59,449 nucleotides of DNA from Natronospirales bacterium (GCA_018971605.1 JAGXAL010000002.1:1-59449); one strand, 5' to 3'. Shown: positions 1-8,719, counted from the first letter of the stretch. The notes: generated from the sequence alone by a model not told the origin. Numbers and translations: made by a program.

Positions 1-404
1 CGCCCTCCGGCGAAGGCGCGGCGCGCTGCATGCGCATGGCGCTGGCCGACACCAAGGCGCCGGTGGATTACCTCAACACCCACGCCACTGCGACGCCGGT
101 GGGCGACATTGTGGAACTGCAAGCGGTACGCGAAGTGTTCGGCGACCAGGTGCCGCCGCTGTCGTCAACCAAAGCCCTGACCGGTCATTCCCTGGGCGCC
201 GCCAGCGTGCACGAAGCGATCTACAGCCTGCTCATGTTGCACGAGGGTTTCGTGGCCGGCTCCGCCAATATCGACGAACTGGATACACGCGCGCAGGGAT
301 TTCCGATCGTGCGTGAAAGCCGCGAGGCGAAATTGCACACCGTGATGTCGAACAGCTTCGGATTTGGGGGCACCAACGCCACGCTGGTGTTTGCCAAGGT
401 ATAA
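1..404 (+). CDS. fabB: beta-ketoacyl-ACP synthase I, C-terminal part (5' end outside window)
   Basis: The frame of ORF 30..404 stays open to the window edge. It contains the KAS His region ([11 protein letters not shown]), TGHSLGAAS, and the C-terminal [14 protein letters not shown] signature. It is collinear with the E. coli FabB C-terminus as I remember it. Confidence 0.85.
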   Translation, partial: PSGEGAARCMRMALADTKAPVDYLNTHATATPVGDIVELQAVREVFGDQVPPLSSTKALTGHSLGAASVHEAIYSLLMLHEGFVAGSANIDELDTRAQGFPIVRESREAKLHTVMSNSFGFGGTNATLVFAKV

Positions 405-469
405 GTCACCGGTCCCGGCCGGATTCGCGCGGCGGCCAGCGCCGCATATATCCCGATGTGCAGTGTTGA

Positions 470-1402
470 TCAGGCGTGCTGTTGGGCGGCAGTGCGCGGT
501 TTCCTGCCGAGCAGCCAGTCGGCAATGAATCCCGCAACCTGGGGATGGAAAAAATACCCAAAGCAGCGGTGTGGCGCCGGCCCCTCGGCGGTGCCGTAGC
601 AGGTGTGCACACCGGCCGCCAGATCCTCGATGCTCTCCACCAGTCCCAAGCGGCGCATGCGGTCAAAGTCGTTGGCGAGCCGCCGATCGGTGGCGATCAC
701 ATCGCCGCTCGCCGTCACGTTGATCCAACGCCGGATGTTCCCGGGATAGCGGCGCGCAGAGTGCTCGCGGCGGCCCAGCAGACGGCGCTGCACGTAAAAC
801 ATGCCGAGCGGACTGCCGAGCGTCAGAAACAACGGGCAGCGCCAAACCCAGGCGTCGCGACGCGAAAGTTCCCAGAGTGTGTCGTAAGCCAGCACCGAAC
901 CGAGACTGTGGCCCAGCAGCATGATTTCGGCGCCCTGTGCCACCAGCGGCGCCAAGGTTTGCTTGATGGCCGCGCGTACCCGCGTGCCGATGCCGTCGCG
1001 GTCGCTGAAATAGCGTTCGGTGTCGGCGATGCGCGCCAGAATATCGGCATCACCCGCCCAACGCGCGAGCACCGGCAGCAAATCGCCGAGCGTGTACTTG
1101 GCACGCGTGCTCAGCACCGCCCAGCGCGAGGCTTCGGGCGCGCAATATTGCGCGCCGGCGCCGCGCAGCATGTGCTCCACCCAGGGGCGGTCCAATTCGA
1201 TATCGGCGTAAGCTGAGTAATAGATGTGGTTCCAGGCGGCCAGATGGAAGTGCGCGGCCAGCGGCGCGAGCTGGTCCGCGGCCACTTGCGCCTGCGCCGC
1301 GCCGCCTGCGATGCAACGCCACAGCAGGCGCTGATGTTCGGCCGGCGGCGGCTTGGGATTCATGCCCGGCACGAATACCACGTGGCGGTTATCATGATTC
1401 AC
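470..1402 (-). CDS. alpha/beta-fold hydrolase (lipase/esterase-like)
   Basis: 310 aa ORF with the nucleophile elbow GHSLGS and a later GSPLG motif. Ordinary amino-acid composition. ATG start at 1402. Confidence 0.7.
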   Translation of the reverse strand: MNHDNRHVVFVPGMNPKPPPAEHQRLLWRCIAGGAAQAQVAADQLAPLAAHFHLAAWNHIYYSAYADIELDRPWVEHMLRGAGAQYCAPEASRWAVLSTRAKYTLGDLLPVLARWAGDADILARIADTERYFSDRDGIGTRVRAAIKQTLAPLVAQGAEIMLLGHSLGSVLAYDTLWELSRRDAWVWRCPLFLTLGSPLGMFYVQRRLLGRREHSARRYPGNIRRWINVTASGDVIATDRRLANDFDRMRRLGLVESIEDLAAGVHTCYGTAEGPAPHRCFGYFFHPQVAGFIADWLLGRKPRTAAQQHA

Positions 1403-1424
1403 GGCTGCCTCCCGGGTGGACAGA

Positions 1425-2333
1425 ATGACGAAACTCGCGCCGCGCGTATTGCTGGTAGGCTACGGCCAAATGGGCCACGCCATGCGGGCGTTGCTCGCGC
1501 CCCGCGCGCGCTTGGCCGTCTGGCGGGTCACGCCGCAACGCCAAGTGCCGGGCGCCGTCATGCGCGCGACACTGGCGGCAAGCGATTTTGTGATTTTGTG
1601 CGTGCCCACGCTGGCGCTCGCGCCGCTGCTCGCGCGCATTATGCCGTGTGCCGCTCGCCAGGCGGTGTACTTGAGCTTTGCCAAAGGCTTGGACGATGCC
1701 GGCTGCACGGCGGCCGACATTTTCGAGGCGCGGCTCGGGCCTCGCGCTTCTTGGGGTGTGCTCGGCGGGCCGATGATTGCCGCCGAACTTTCCGCCGGGA
1801 GACACGGTTACGCCGAAATGGGCACACGCAGCGTGGCGGCGCGCCGCGCTACGCTGCGATTGTTCCGCGCTACGCCGCTGCATATCGCGGAGCGCGCGAG
1901 CCAGCCGCTCGCCGTGTCCTGGTGTGGCGTGCTCAAGAACATTTACACGCCGCTCTTCGGATTGGCGGACGGTCTGGGTTGGGGCGACAACGTGCGCGGT
2001 CGCCTGGCGAACGGCGCGCTCGCAGAAATCAGCCGCCTGATCGAGCGCTTCACCGGTGCGCCGCATGCCGCTGCCGGAGTCGCGGGCCTCGCCGATCTGG
2101 TCACCACGGCCACCAGCAAGAGTTCGCATCATCGCGCGCTCGGCCGGCGCGTGGCGCGCGGCGATTACTCGAGGCCCGAGGGCGAGGGACCGCATTCGCT
2201 GCGCGTGCTGCAACGGCTGCACCGCCTGCCGGCTGCGCAGGCTTTTCCGCTGCTGGCATGCGCCGCGCTGCTCGCGCGCCGCCCGGCGGCGGCTGGTGCA
2301 GAGCTGCGCGCCTGGCTCGCGGGTGGGGGCTAG
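1425..2333 (+). CDS. NAD(P)H-dependent glycerol-3-phosphate dehydrogenase-like protein (GpsA family)
   Basis: N-terminal Rossmann motif VLLVGYGQMGHA. It also has a GVLKNIY segment and GLADLVTTATSKSSHHRALG, which resembles the GpsA GLGDLVLTC..SRNRR region. I chose ATG 1425 over the GTG at 1416. Confidence 0.6.
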   Translation: MTKLAPRVLLVGYGQMGHAMRALLAPRARLAVWRVTPQRQVPGAVMRATLAASDFVILCVPTLALAPLLARIMPCAARQAVYLSFAKGLDDAGCTAADIFEARLGPRASWGVLGGPMIAAELSAGRHGYAEMGTRSVAARRATLRLFRATPLHIAERASQPLAVSWCGVLKNIYTPLFGLADGLGWGDNVRGRLANGALAEISRLIERFTGAPHAAAGVAGLADLVTTATSKSSHHRALGRRVARGDYSRPEGEGPHSLRVLQRLHRLPAAQAFPLLACAALLARRPAAAGAELRAWLAGGG

Positions 2334-2728
2334 AGCGTGGCGATGCGCGTAGCGCGGGTTTCGCGTTCGTGTTTGCGCTGGCAGGGCTCGCAGCGTTTGG
2401 CGGTGGGATAGGCATTCAGGCGTTCGTAGGGAACCGGCGCGCCGCAGTCGATGCACACGCCGTAGCTGCCGAGCCGCATGCGCTCCCAGGCGGCTTCGAT
2501 GTCGCGCAGTTCTTCCAGATCGCGGTCGATCTCCGCGAGACGCACGTCCACCAGCAGGCTGGCAAGCGCTTCGTCTCCGGAATCCGGCACTTCACCGGCG
2601 AGCTGCCGATAATCCTCATTGTCCGAAGCCAGCAACCCGGCGCGGATTTCCTCGCGCATCACGCCATGCCGTGCCCGGAGTTTGTGGCGCAGTGCCTCGC
2701 GCTGTTTGTCGGTCAGGGCCTCGTGCAT
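2330..2728 (-). CDS. DksA/TraR family C4-type zinc-finger protein
   Basis: 132 aa with a coiled-coil-like N-terminal half and the C-terminal CIDCGAPVPYERL....CEPC four-Cys zinc finger. Its stop overlaps the convergent GpsA-like stop. Confidence 0.8.
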   Translation of the reverse strand: MHEALTDKQREALRHKLRARHGVMREEIRAGLLASDNEDYRQLAGEVPDSGDEALASLLVDVRLAEIDRDLEELRDIEAAWERMRLGSYGVCIDCGAPVPYERLNAYPTAKRCEPCQRKHERETRATRIATL

Positions 2729-2785
2729 GGTGAGTCCTCGCGTTTGTTGGTGTTCCTATATCAACAGAGCGCCGGTGTCGGTGCC

Positions 2786-2799
2786 TTGACCTGGATCAC
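2786..2799 (-). promoter_or_regulatory. Crp/Fnr-family box (TTGACCTGGATCAC), likely class II promoter for the dksA-like gene
   Basis: 13/14 match to the window-wide 14-mer. The centre lies 64.5 nt upstream of ATG 2728. A TATA-rich segment (GATATAGG on the minus strand, 2755-2762) sits at roughly the -10 position. Confidence 0.6.
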
Positions 2800-2829
2800 G
2801 CGCACAAAGGGAATCCGCGGTTCCGGCAA

Positions 2830-2843
2830 TTGATCCAGGTCAG
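2830..2843 (+). promoter_or_regulatory. Crp/Fnr-family box (TTGATCCAGGTCAG), class II promoter for the flavoprotein-nrdJ operon
   Basis: The box centre is exactly 32 bp upstream of the centre of TAGTTT (2866-2871). It is 66.5 nt upstream of ATG 2903. Confidence 0.65.
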
Positions 2844-2902
2844 TGTGCCGGGCGGCTGCATGCACTAGTTTTGAACATACTTACAAATCGCAGGACAGCG
2901 CC

Positions 2903-4876
2903 ATGGACACGCCACTGCTTTCCACCCCCGGCCGCATCGGCGGCCTGACGCTCAAGAACCGTCTGCTGATGGCGCCGATGGTGCGCAACTATGCCGACGA
3001 ACGCGGCCGCATGAGCGAGCGCTATCTGGCGCATCTCGCGCGCATTGCCCGCGGCGGGGTCGCCGCCATGATTCTGGAGGCCAGCTTCGTGACTCCCGAA
3101 GGCCGCGGCTTCAGCCACGAGCTCGGTCTGCACGAAGACGGCGTGGTGCCCGGGTTGCGTCGCGCCGTGGAGCTGATCCACGCCGAAGGCGCGCTTGCCG
3201 GCATCCAGCTTTATCACGCGGGCCGTCAGACCAGCCAGCAGGTCACCGGCACGCAGCCGCTGGCGCCGTCGGCCATTCCCTGTCCGCTGCTGAATCAATT
3301 GCCGCGCGCGCTCACGCTCGCGGAAATCCAGACGCTGACAGGTGCTTTCGCAAGCGCGGCGGCCCGCGCGCAAGCCGCGGGTTTCGACTTCGTGGAAATC
3401 CACGCGGCCCACGGTTATCTCATCACCCAGTTCCTGTCGCCCTTCAGCAACCGGCGCAGCGACGCTTACGGCGGCAGCACGGAGAACCGCCGGCGCTTTC
3501 TCGACGAGATCATCACCGCAGTGCGCGCGCGCGTCGGTCCGCAGTTCACCGTGACGCTGCGCTTGTCGGCCGACGAGATGGTGCCGGGGGGGCTGGAGAT
3601 CGCCGACAGCTGCGAGCTGGCTGCGTGGCTCGAGCGGCGCGGCATCGCCGCGATTCACGTGTCGGTCGGCAATTACGCCTCCTACACGCGCGGGCGCATG
3701 ATTCCGCCAATGTCAGTGGAGGATGCGCCGCTACTGGCTTACGCCGAAGGCATCAAGCGACAGGTCAGGATTCCGGTGATCGCGGTGGGCAAGCTGCGCA
3801 CGCCGGCGCTGGCCGAAGCGGCTTTGCGCCAGGGACAGGCGGATTTCATTGCGCTCGGACGCGAGCTGCTCGCCGATCCGGACTGGCCGCGCAAGGCGCT
3901 GGCTGGCGAAGGCGAGCGCATTCACGAGTGCATCGCCTGCAACCAGGGCTGCATCAGCCGCCTGTTCGAACAGCGCGACGTGTGGTGCACCGTCAATCCC
4001 GAGTGCGGGCGCGAGCGCAAATTTGCCGCGTTCGCGGCCGACAACGGCCAGCGCAAAGTGCTGGTGGCCGGCGGCGGCCCGGCCGGCATGGCGGCCGCAT
4101 GCTACGCGGCGCGCGCCGGTTTCCAAGTGATCCTGTGCGAGGCGCGCAATGAATTGGGCGGCCAATTGCTGGCCGCGAGCGCCGCACCCCATCGTCCCGG
4201 CTGGCGCGAGCTGCGCGCGGGTATGCACACTGCCCTGCGGCAGTTGGGCGTGGAGTTGCGCTGCAACACGTGCGTGGACCGCACGTACGTGGAGCGCGAA
4301 CGGCCTTATGCGCTGGTGGTGGCCACCGGCGCAGTGCCGGTGCGTCCGCAGATTCCCGGCATCAACAAAGTCAACGTAATCAGCGCCCGCGACCTCCTGG
4401 AAGGCGGGGCCGAGGCCGAGGGCCGGGTGTTGGTGGTGGGCGGCGGCTGCTCCGGGGCGCAGACCGCCGAATATCTGGCGCAAGCGGGGCACGCGGTGAC
4501 CATGGTCGAGGCGGAAGGCGACATCGCCGCGGATGCGCCGCTCGACGAGCGTACGCTGCTCGTGGGACGGCTGCGCGCGCTCGGCGTGAACATCATGGCG
4601 CACACCCGCCTGCTCAGCATCGGCGAGTATCCGCTGCTGCAGTCAGCCGCCGGCGAACACTTTCAATTGCCGGTGGATACGGTGGTGCTGTGCCTGGGCG
4701 CGCGTTCGGTCAACAGTCTCGAGCAGGAAGCGCTCGGCCTGGTGTCGCGGGTATATACCGTGGGCGACGCCGTGCGCCCGCGCAAGGTCACGGAAGCGAT
4801 TGCGGAAGGCGCACTCGCCGGACTCGGTGCGGCGCGCGACAGCACGGGCCAAACTGCCCGCGCGCTGACGGCATGA
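2903..4876 (+). CDS. FadH-like NADH:flavin oxidoreductase (OYE-type FMN domain + 4Fe-4S Cys cluster + FAD/NAD(P) domain; 2,4-dienoyl-CoA reductase family)
   Basis: N-terminal OYE-like segments (LKNRLLMAPM, HAAHGYLITQFLSP). Cys cluster HECIACNQGC....WCTVNPECG. A GxGxxG motif (VLVAGGGPAGMAAA) and a second one (VLVVGGGCSGAQTA). Start taken at MDTPLL (ATG 2903). Confidence 0.85.
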   Translation: MDTPLLSTPGRIGGLTLKNRLLMAPMVRNYADERGRMSERYLAHLARIARGGVAAMILEASFVTPEGRGFSHELGLHEDGVVPGLRRAVELIHAEGALAGIQLYHAGRQTSQQVTGTQPLAPSAIPCPLLNQLPRALTLAEIQTLTGAFASAAARAQAAGFDFVEIHAAHGYLITQFLSPFSNRRSDAYGGSTENRRRFLDEIITAVRARVGPQFTVTLRLSADEMVPGGLEIADSCELAAWLERRGIAAIHVSVGNYASYTRGRMIPPMSVEDAPLLAYAEGIKRQVRIPVIAVGKLRTPALAEAALRQGQADFIALGRELLADPDWPRKALAGEGERIHECIACNQGCISRLFEQRDVWCTVNPECGRERKFAAFAADNGQRKVLVAGGGPAGMAAACYAARAGFQVILCEARNELGGQLLAASAAPHRPGWRELRAGMHTALRQLGVELRCNTCVDRTYVERERPYALVVATGAVPVRPQIPGINKVNVISARDLLEGGAEAEGRVLVVGGGCSGAQTAEYLAQAGHAVTMVEAEGDIAADAPLDERTLLVGRLRALGVNIMAHTRLLSIGEYPLLQSAAGEHFQLPVDTVVLCLGARSVNSLEQEALGLVSRVYTVGDAVRPRKVTEAIAEGALAGLGAARDSTGQTARALTA

Positions 4877-6663
4877 ACGACGCGCGGCCTGCGCCGTTCA
4901 GCAACGCGGTGTCGGCGCGCATCTGGGAGCAGCGCTACCGCTACCGCGTGGGCGAGCGCGCAATCGATGCCGATGTCGATGGCACCTGGCGCAGGGTGGC
5001 GCAGGCGCTGGCCGCGGTCGAGCGCGGGGATCAAAGCGGCTGGAGCGCACGCTTTCACGCCTTGCTCAAGGACTTTGCCTTTCTGCCGGGCGGCCGCATT
5101 TTGGCGGGCGCCGGCACCGCGCATCGCGTCACGCTGTTCAACTGTTTCAGCATGGGTGTGGTGCCGGATTCACTCGACGGCATCCTCACGCGTTTGCGCG
5201 AGGGCGCACTCACGCTGCAGCAGGGCGGCGGCATCGGCTGCGATTTCTCCGCCATCCGCCCCGCCGGGCTCACGGCGCGCGCCAGTGGCAATACCGCCAC
5301 CGGACCGGTGTCGTTCCTGCGCGTGTGGGATGCGGTCGCCGATACCATCCAGTCGCTGGGCGCGCGCCGCAGCGCCATGATGGCCACGCTGCGCTGCGAC
5401 CACCCCGATATCCTCGAGTTCATCAATGCCAAGCGCGCCGGCGGCCTGCGCAATTTCAACCTGTCGGTGCAGATCACCCGCGAATTCATGCAGGCGCTGG
5501 ACCAGGGCGGCGACTGGGAGCTGGTGTTCCCGGCCGACGTCTGGCCCGAGGGCCTCGGCGAGGCGCAGACGCTGCTGCGCCGCTGGCCCGGCCGCGACGC
5601 GCCGCTGCGTTGTCGCGTGTTGCGGCGTCTGCCAGCGCGGGAGTTGTGGCAGGCGCTGGCGAGCGCGGCGGCGGCCTGCGGCGATCCCGGGGTGTTGTTC
5701 GTGGATCGCATCAACGAGGAAAACAATCTGTGGTATTGCGAATACCTGAGTACCACCAATCCCTGCGGCGAAGTGCCGTTGCCGGAGTATGGCGCCTGTA
5801 ATCTCGGCTCCTTCAACCTTACGCAGTTCGTGCGCGCGCCGTTCACTGCTGCGGCGGTCTTCGATTTCGCGCGGCTCGAGGCGCAGGTGCCGACGGCCGT
5901 GCGGCTGCTCGACGACGCCATCGAGGTTTCCCGGTTTCCGCTGCCGCAGCAGGCCGACAGCGTGCGCCGCAGCCGCCGCCTGGGCCTGGGCGTCACCGGC
6001 TTGGCCGACGCGCTCATCATGCTCGGCCTGCACTATGCCTCGGCGGCCGCGCGCGAATTTGCGCAGCGGGTTTTGCGGTTGCTGCGCGATGCGGCCTACA
6101 GCGCTTCGGTGACGCTCGCCGGTGAGCGCGGCGCGTTTCCGGCCTTCGATCCCGACGAGTACCTGCGCAGCGCTTTCGCGCAGCGCCTGCCCGAAGAGCT
6201 GCGTTCGCGCATTTTCATCCACGGCATCCGCAACAGCCACCTGCTGGCGATCGCACCCACCGGCACCATCAGCCTGCTGGCCAACAACATTTCCAGCGGT
6301 ATCGAGCCGGTATTCGATTTTCACGTGCGCCGGCGCCTGCGGGCTGCGGACGGCGGTGCCGAAGACTATCCGCTGACTGATTACGCTTGGCGGCTATGGC
6401 GCGGGCAGCGCGGTGAAGCCGCGCCCGGCCCGGCCTTGGTCACCGCGGCGCAAATACCGGCGGACGCGCAGCTCGCCATGTTGGCGGCCATGCAGCCTTA
6501 TGTGGATAACGCCATCTCCAAGACCATCAATCTCACGCAAGCCGGGCCCGCGGAAGTGAGCGGCATTTTCCTGGACGCCTGGCGCCTCGGCCTCAAGGGC
6601 TGCACTGCCTACGTCCACCAGGCCGGCCGCGACATCATAAGCTCGGCCCCGCCGCAGGGCTAA
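4873..6663 (+). CDS. nrdJ: adenosylcobalamin-dependent (class II) ribonucleotide reductase, short form without C-terminal Cys tail
   Basis: Contains the active-site motif STTNPCGEVPLPEYGACNLGSFNL, plus LPGGRIL, GGGIGCDFS and the C-terminal KGCTAY. ATG 4873 overlaps the upstream TGA (ATGA), so the two genes are translationally coupled. Confidence 0.85.
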   Translation: MNDARPAPFSNAVSARIWEQRYRYRVGERAIDADVDGTWRRVAQALAAVERGDQSGWSARFHALLKDFAFLPGGRILAGAGTAHRVTLFNCFSMGVVPDSLDGILTRLREGALTLQQGGGIGCDFSAIRPAGLTARASGNTATGPVSFLRVWDAVADTIQSLGARRSAMMATLRCDHPDILEFINAKRAGGLRNFNLSVQITREFMQALDQGGDWELVFPADVWPEGLGEAQTLLRRWPGRDAPLRCRVLRRLPARELWQALASAAAACGDPGVLFVDRINEENNLWYCEYLSTTNPCGEVPLPEYGACNLGSFNLTQFVRAPFTAAAVFDFARLEAQVPTAVRLLDDAIEVSRFPLPQQADSVRRSRRLGLGVTGLADALIMLGLHYASAAAREFAQRVLRLLRDAAYSASVTLAGERGAFPAFDPDEYLRSAFAQRLPEELRSRIFIHGIRNSHLLAIAPTGTISLLANNISSGIEPVFDFHVRRRLRAADGGAEDYPLTDYAWRLWRGQRGEAAPGPALVTAAQIPADAQLAMLAAMQPYVDNAISKTINLTQAGPAEVSGIFLDAWRLGLKGCTAYVHQAGRDIISSAPPQG

Positions 6664-6674
6664 ACAAGGCCGTG

Positions 6675-6688
6675 TTGATCCAGGTCAA
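6675..6688 (+). promoter_or_regulatory. Crp/Fnr-family box (TTGATCCAGGTCAA, the window consensus form), promoter of the hsp20 operon
   Basis: Matches the window consensus 14-mer exactly. CAAAAT lies at 6710-6715, 31 bp from the box centre. The box is 106 nt upstream of ATG 6788. Confidence 0.65.
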
Positions 6689-6787
6689 TGCAGCGGATCG
6701 GGCGCAGGACAAAATGTTCATGTTGATCAATGTGCAACAAGTGTGCGGCGGCAAGGGCTGCCGCGTCGTGTTACGAGGAGGAATGCC

Positions 6788-7237
6788 ATGTATCTCACAC
6801 GTTATGAACCGCGGAATTTCTTCCGCGACATGTCCGAGGAATTCAACCGCATGTTCGGCGGCCGTATGGGAAATTACCTGCCAGCCGATGGTGGGGATCT
6901 CGCGGCGACCGACTGGCTGCCGGCCGTGGACATCAAGGAAGAGGACAGCCGCTTCCTGGTGCGCGCCGACCTGCCGGGCGTGGATCCCAAGGACGTGGAA
7001 ATCACCCTGCAAAACGGCACGCTGGCCATCAAGGGCAAGCGCGAGTCCGAAGCCAAACGCGACGAGCAGGACTATTATCGGGTGGAGCGCGTTTACGGCG
7101 AGTTCTTCCGCCGCTTCACGCTGCCGGATTCCGCCGACCCCGACAAGGTGACCGCCAAGTACGACAAGGGCGTGCTGGAGATCGAGATCGGCAAGTCCGA
7201 GGCGCGCAAGCCCCGGCGCATCACGGTGAAGTCCTGA
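6788..7237 (+). CDS. Hsp20/alpha-crystallin family small heat-shock protein
   Basis: Alpha-crystallin domain (WLPAVDIKEEDSRFLVRADLPGVDPKDVEITLQNGTLAIKG ... GEFFRRFTLP ... AKYDKGVLEIEI). RBS AGGAGGA at 6775-6781 precedes ATG 6788. Confidence 0.9.
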   Translation: MYLTRYEPRNFFRDMSEEFNRMFGGRMGNYLPADGGDLAATDWLPAVDIKEEDSRFLVRADLPGVDPKDVEITLQNGTLAIKGKRESEAKRDEQDYYRVERVYGEFFRRFTLPDSADPDKVTAKYDKGVLEIEIGKSEARKPRRITVKS

Positions 7238-7284
7238 AAGCTCCGCGATCGGGGCCATAGCCATTCAGGGTGCAGGAGATGGAT

Positions 7285-7494
7285 ATGTTCCGCAGATTCG
7301 TGCGTTTGCGTTGCCCCGAGTGCGACGAAGGGATTGCGCTGCCGCGGCGCAAGCTCGCCGTCGGCCAGAGCGTGCGCTGCCTGCACTGCGGCGCCGGCTT
7401 GTACGTCAATCGCGTGCACGCCGAGCCCGACAGCACGCGCCTCTGGCAACTGGAGAGCCGCGATCCCCTGGAAGAGGAGCGGCTCGGCACATGA
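7285..7494 (+). CDS. small zinc-ribbon protein (CPEC...CLHC), function unknown
   Basis: 69 aa with two CxxC pairs. RBS AGGAG at 7274-7278 precedes ATG 7285. Its stop overlaps the ATG of the next gene (ATGA). Confidence 0.5.
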   Translation: MFRRFVRLRCPECDEGIALPRRKLAVGQSVRCLHCGAGLYVNRVHAEPDSTRLWQLESRDPLEEERLGT

Positions 7495-7940
7495 GCGGCG
7501 GCGCGCTGGTACTGGTAGCGGACAGTGCCCGCGCGCGCTTGTTCAGTTGGGAGCGTGGCATCCCGCAGTTGCAGGAAATCGACGACTGGGTGAATGCCGA
7601 GGCGCGCTTGCCGCAACGCGCCTTGGCCAGCGACCGTCAGGGTCGCGGCTTCAATCGTCAGCGCGGCAGCCGCACTGCGCTGGGCAGCACCAGCTTACAG
7701 CGCAACAGCGCGCAAAAATTCGCGCTGCGCGTGGGCCGGCGCCTGGCCGCCGAGTCGAACGCACGCCGTGCCGCGCGCTTGTTCGTTTTCGCCGAAGCGG
7801 AATTTCTCGGCCTGTTGCGCAATGCGCTGCGCAGCCGCCGCCCCGGATTGCCGGTGCGCGGCATTGCCAAAAACCTGACGCGGGCCACGCCGCAACGCAT
7901 CCGCGAGTATCTGCCGAAATATATGGGGTTCAGCGCCTGA
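7491..7940 (+). CDS. host attachment protein family (Host_attach) protein
   Basis: 149 aa. The N-terminal LVLVADSARARLF, the central DRQGRGFN....S block, and the later FA..V...L.......RL.VFAEAEFLGLLRNAL pattern match my recollection of this family. Confidence 0.7.
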   Translation: MSGGALVLVADSARARLFSWERGIPQLQEIDDWVNAEARLPQRALASDRQGRGFNRQRGSRTALGSTSLQRNSAQKFALRVGRRLAAESNARRAARLFVFAEAEFLGLLRNALRSRRPGLPVRGIAKNLTRATPQRIREYLPKYMGFSA

Positions 7941-7967
7941 GTCTTACGTGTCGCGGGTTGCCGGTGG

Positions 7968-8546
7968 TCAACCGGCGGGTTGGCGGGCGCCCCGCATGCG
8001 CCAGAACAAAATCAGGCGCACCGAGCCGCTGAACAGCAGGTTCACGCCCAGCAAGCTGCCGATGGCCCACAATGAACTTGAGGGCCAGTTGAGGGCAATC
8101 AACAAGCCGAGCACCAAGGCGAGTACCGCGTTCACCAGCAGCCAGCGCGCACCGGGCAGCCGGCGCAGGCGCAGGAAGGCACCCAGCATGGCGCCGGCTT
8201 CCAGCAGGAACAACACCGCCAGCACCAGGGTGAGCGAGGCCAGGCTCTCGCGCGGATGCAGCAGCAGGTAAACGCCGGCGATCAGGTACACCAGGCCCAC
8301 AGACAGGCCCCATGCCAGATCGCCGGCCGCGCGTGCATTCCAGGCGTACACAATGTGCGCCAAGCCGCTGAACACCACGGTCCATATGACCAGGATCGCC
8401 ACGGCGACGCCGAGCGCGCCCGGCAGCATCAATGCCAGCAAGCCGAGCAGGATGAGCAACAGCGCCATGCCCACGGAAATCGCGGTTTCGCGGCGCGCCG
8501 CTTCGGCGGGAGCCGAGCGCAGGCCGGTAACCGATCCGGATATCAT
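7968..8546 (-). CDS. HdeD/DUF308-type multi-pass membrane protein
   Basis: 192 aa with about six hydrophobic helices. The repeated GxxxL/W pattern is typical of HdeD-like acid-resistance membrane proteins. Confidence 0.6.
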   Translation of the reverse strand: MISGSVTGLRSAPAEAARRETAISVGMALLLILLGLLALMLPGALGVAVAILVIWTVVFSGLAHIVYAWNARAAGDLAWGLSVGLVYLIAGVYLLLHPRESLASLTLVLAVLFLLEAGAMLGAFLRLRRLPGARWLLVNAVLALVLGLLIALNWPSSSLWAIGSLLGVNLLFSGSVRLILFWRMRGARQPAG

Positions 8547-8719
8547 CCAGGCGCTCCCGTGAATCTGCCGCGTCGCGGCTGTACTCGATGGCTTGGCCGG
8601 TCTACGTCCGTGATGCGTCCCTTGTTGCGTGCCGCATAAAACACGCTCTTGCCCTTTTCCGGGCCGTACTCTTTTTGCATTTGCTGCAGAATCTTGCGGC
8701 CTTTCGCGGTCAGCGGCAT
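8543..8719 (-). CDS. small basic hypothetical protein (58 aa, below the ORF-track cutoff)
   Basis: My own translation gives MPLTAKGRKILQQMQKEYGPEKGKSVFYAARNKGRITDVD.... Its TGA overlaps the hdeD-like ATG (ATGA). Its ATG lies 10 nt inside the end of the USP gene. Confidence 0.35.
   Translation of the reverse strand: MPLTAKGRKILQQMQKEYGPEKGKSVFYAARNKGRITDVDRPSHRVQPRRGRFTGAPG

Noticed and set aside
1226-2833. Long ORFs in the track that overlap or run antisense to the called genes. Examples: 1226..2833, 1392..2456, 12596..13993, 14827..16758, 16795..18201, 18509..21511, 28278..30089, 30781..32343, 37810..38805, 39112..40248, 48427..49842 and 54750..56009.
   Set aside because: These are typical shadow ORFs of GC-rich DNA. 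They are extremely Arg/Ala/Gly/Pro/His-rich with no recognisable motifs. Each is fully overlapped by a gene with strong family signatures on another frame or strand.
4270-4872. N-terminal extensions implied by the longest-ORF track. Examples: RNR from 4270, RND from 15058, OMP from 12551, KS from 52374, norB from 30562, ATPase from 26782, and the FAD oxidase from 44275.
   Set aside because: The track takes the longest ATG/GTG/TTG start. The extensions overlap upstream genes, are Arg/Gly/Pro-rich, and lack an RBS. Internal starts with an RBS, or with stop-start coupling, reproduce the normal family N-termini.
6723-6737. TTGATCAATGTGCAA near hsp20, considered as a second Crp/Fnr site
   Set aside because: Only the left half-site matches. 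The right half is GTGCA instead of (A/G)TCAA. It falls downstream of the predicted transcription start of the 6675 promoter.
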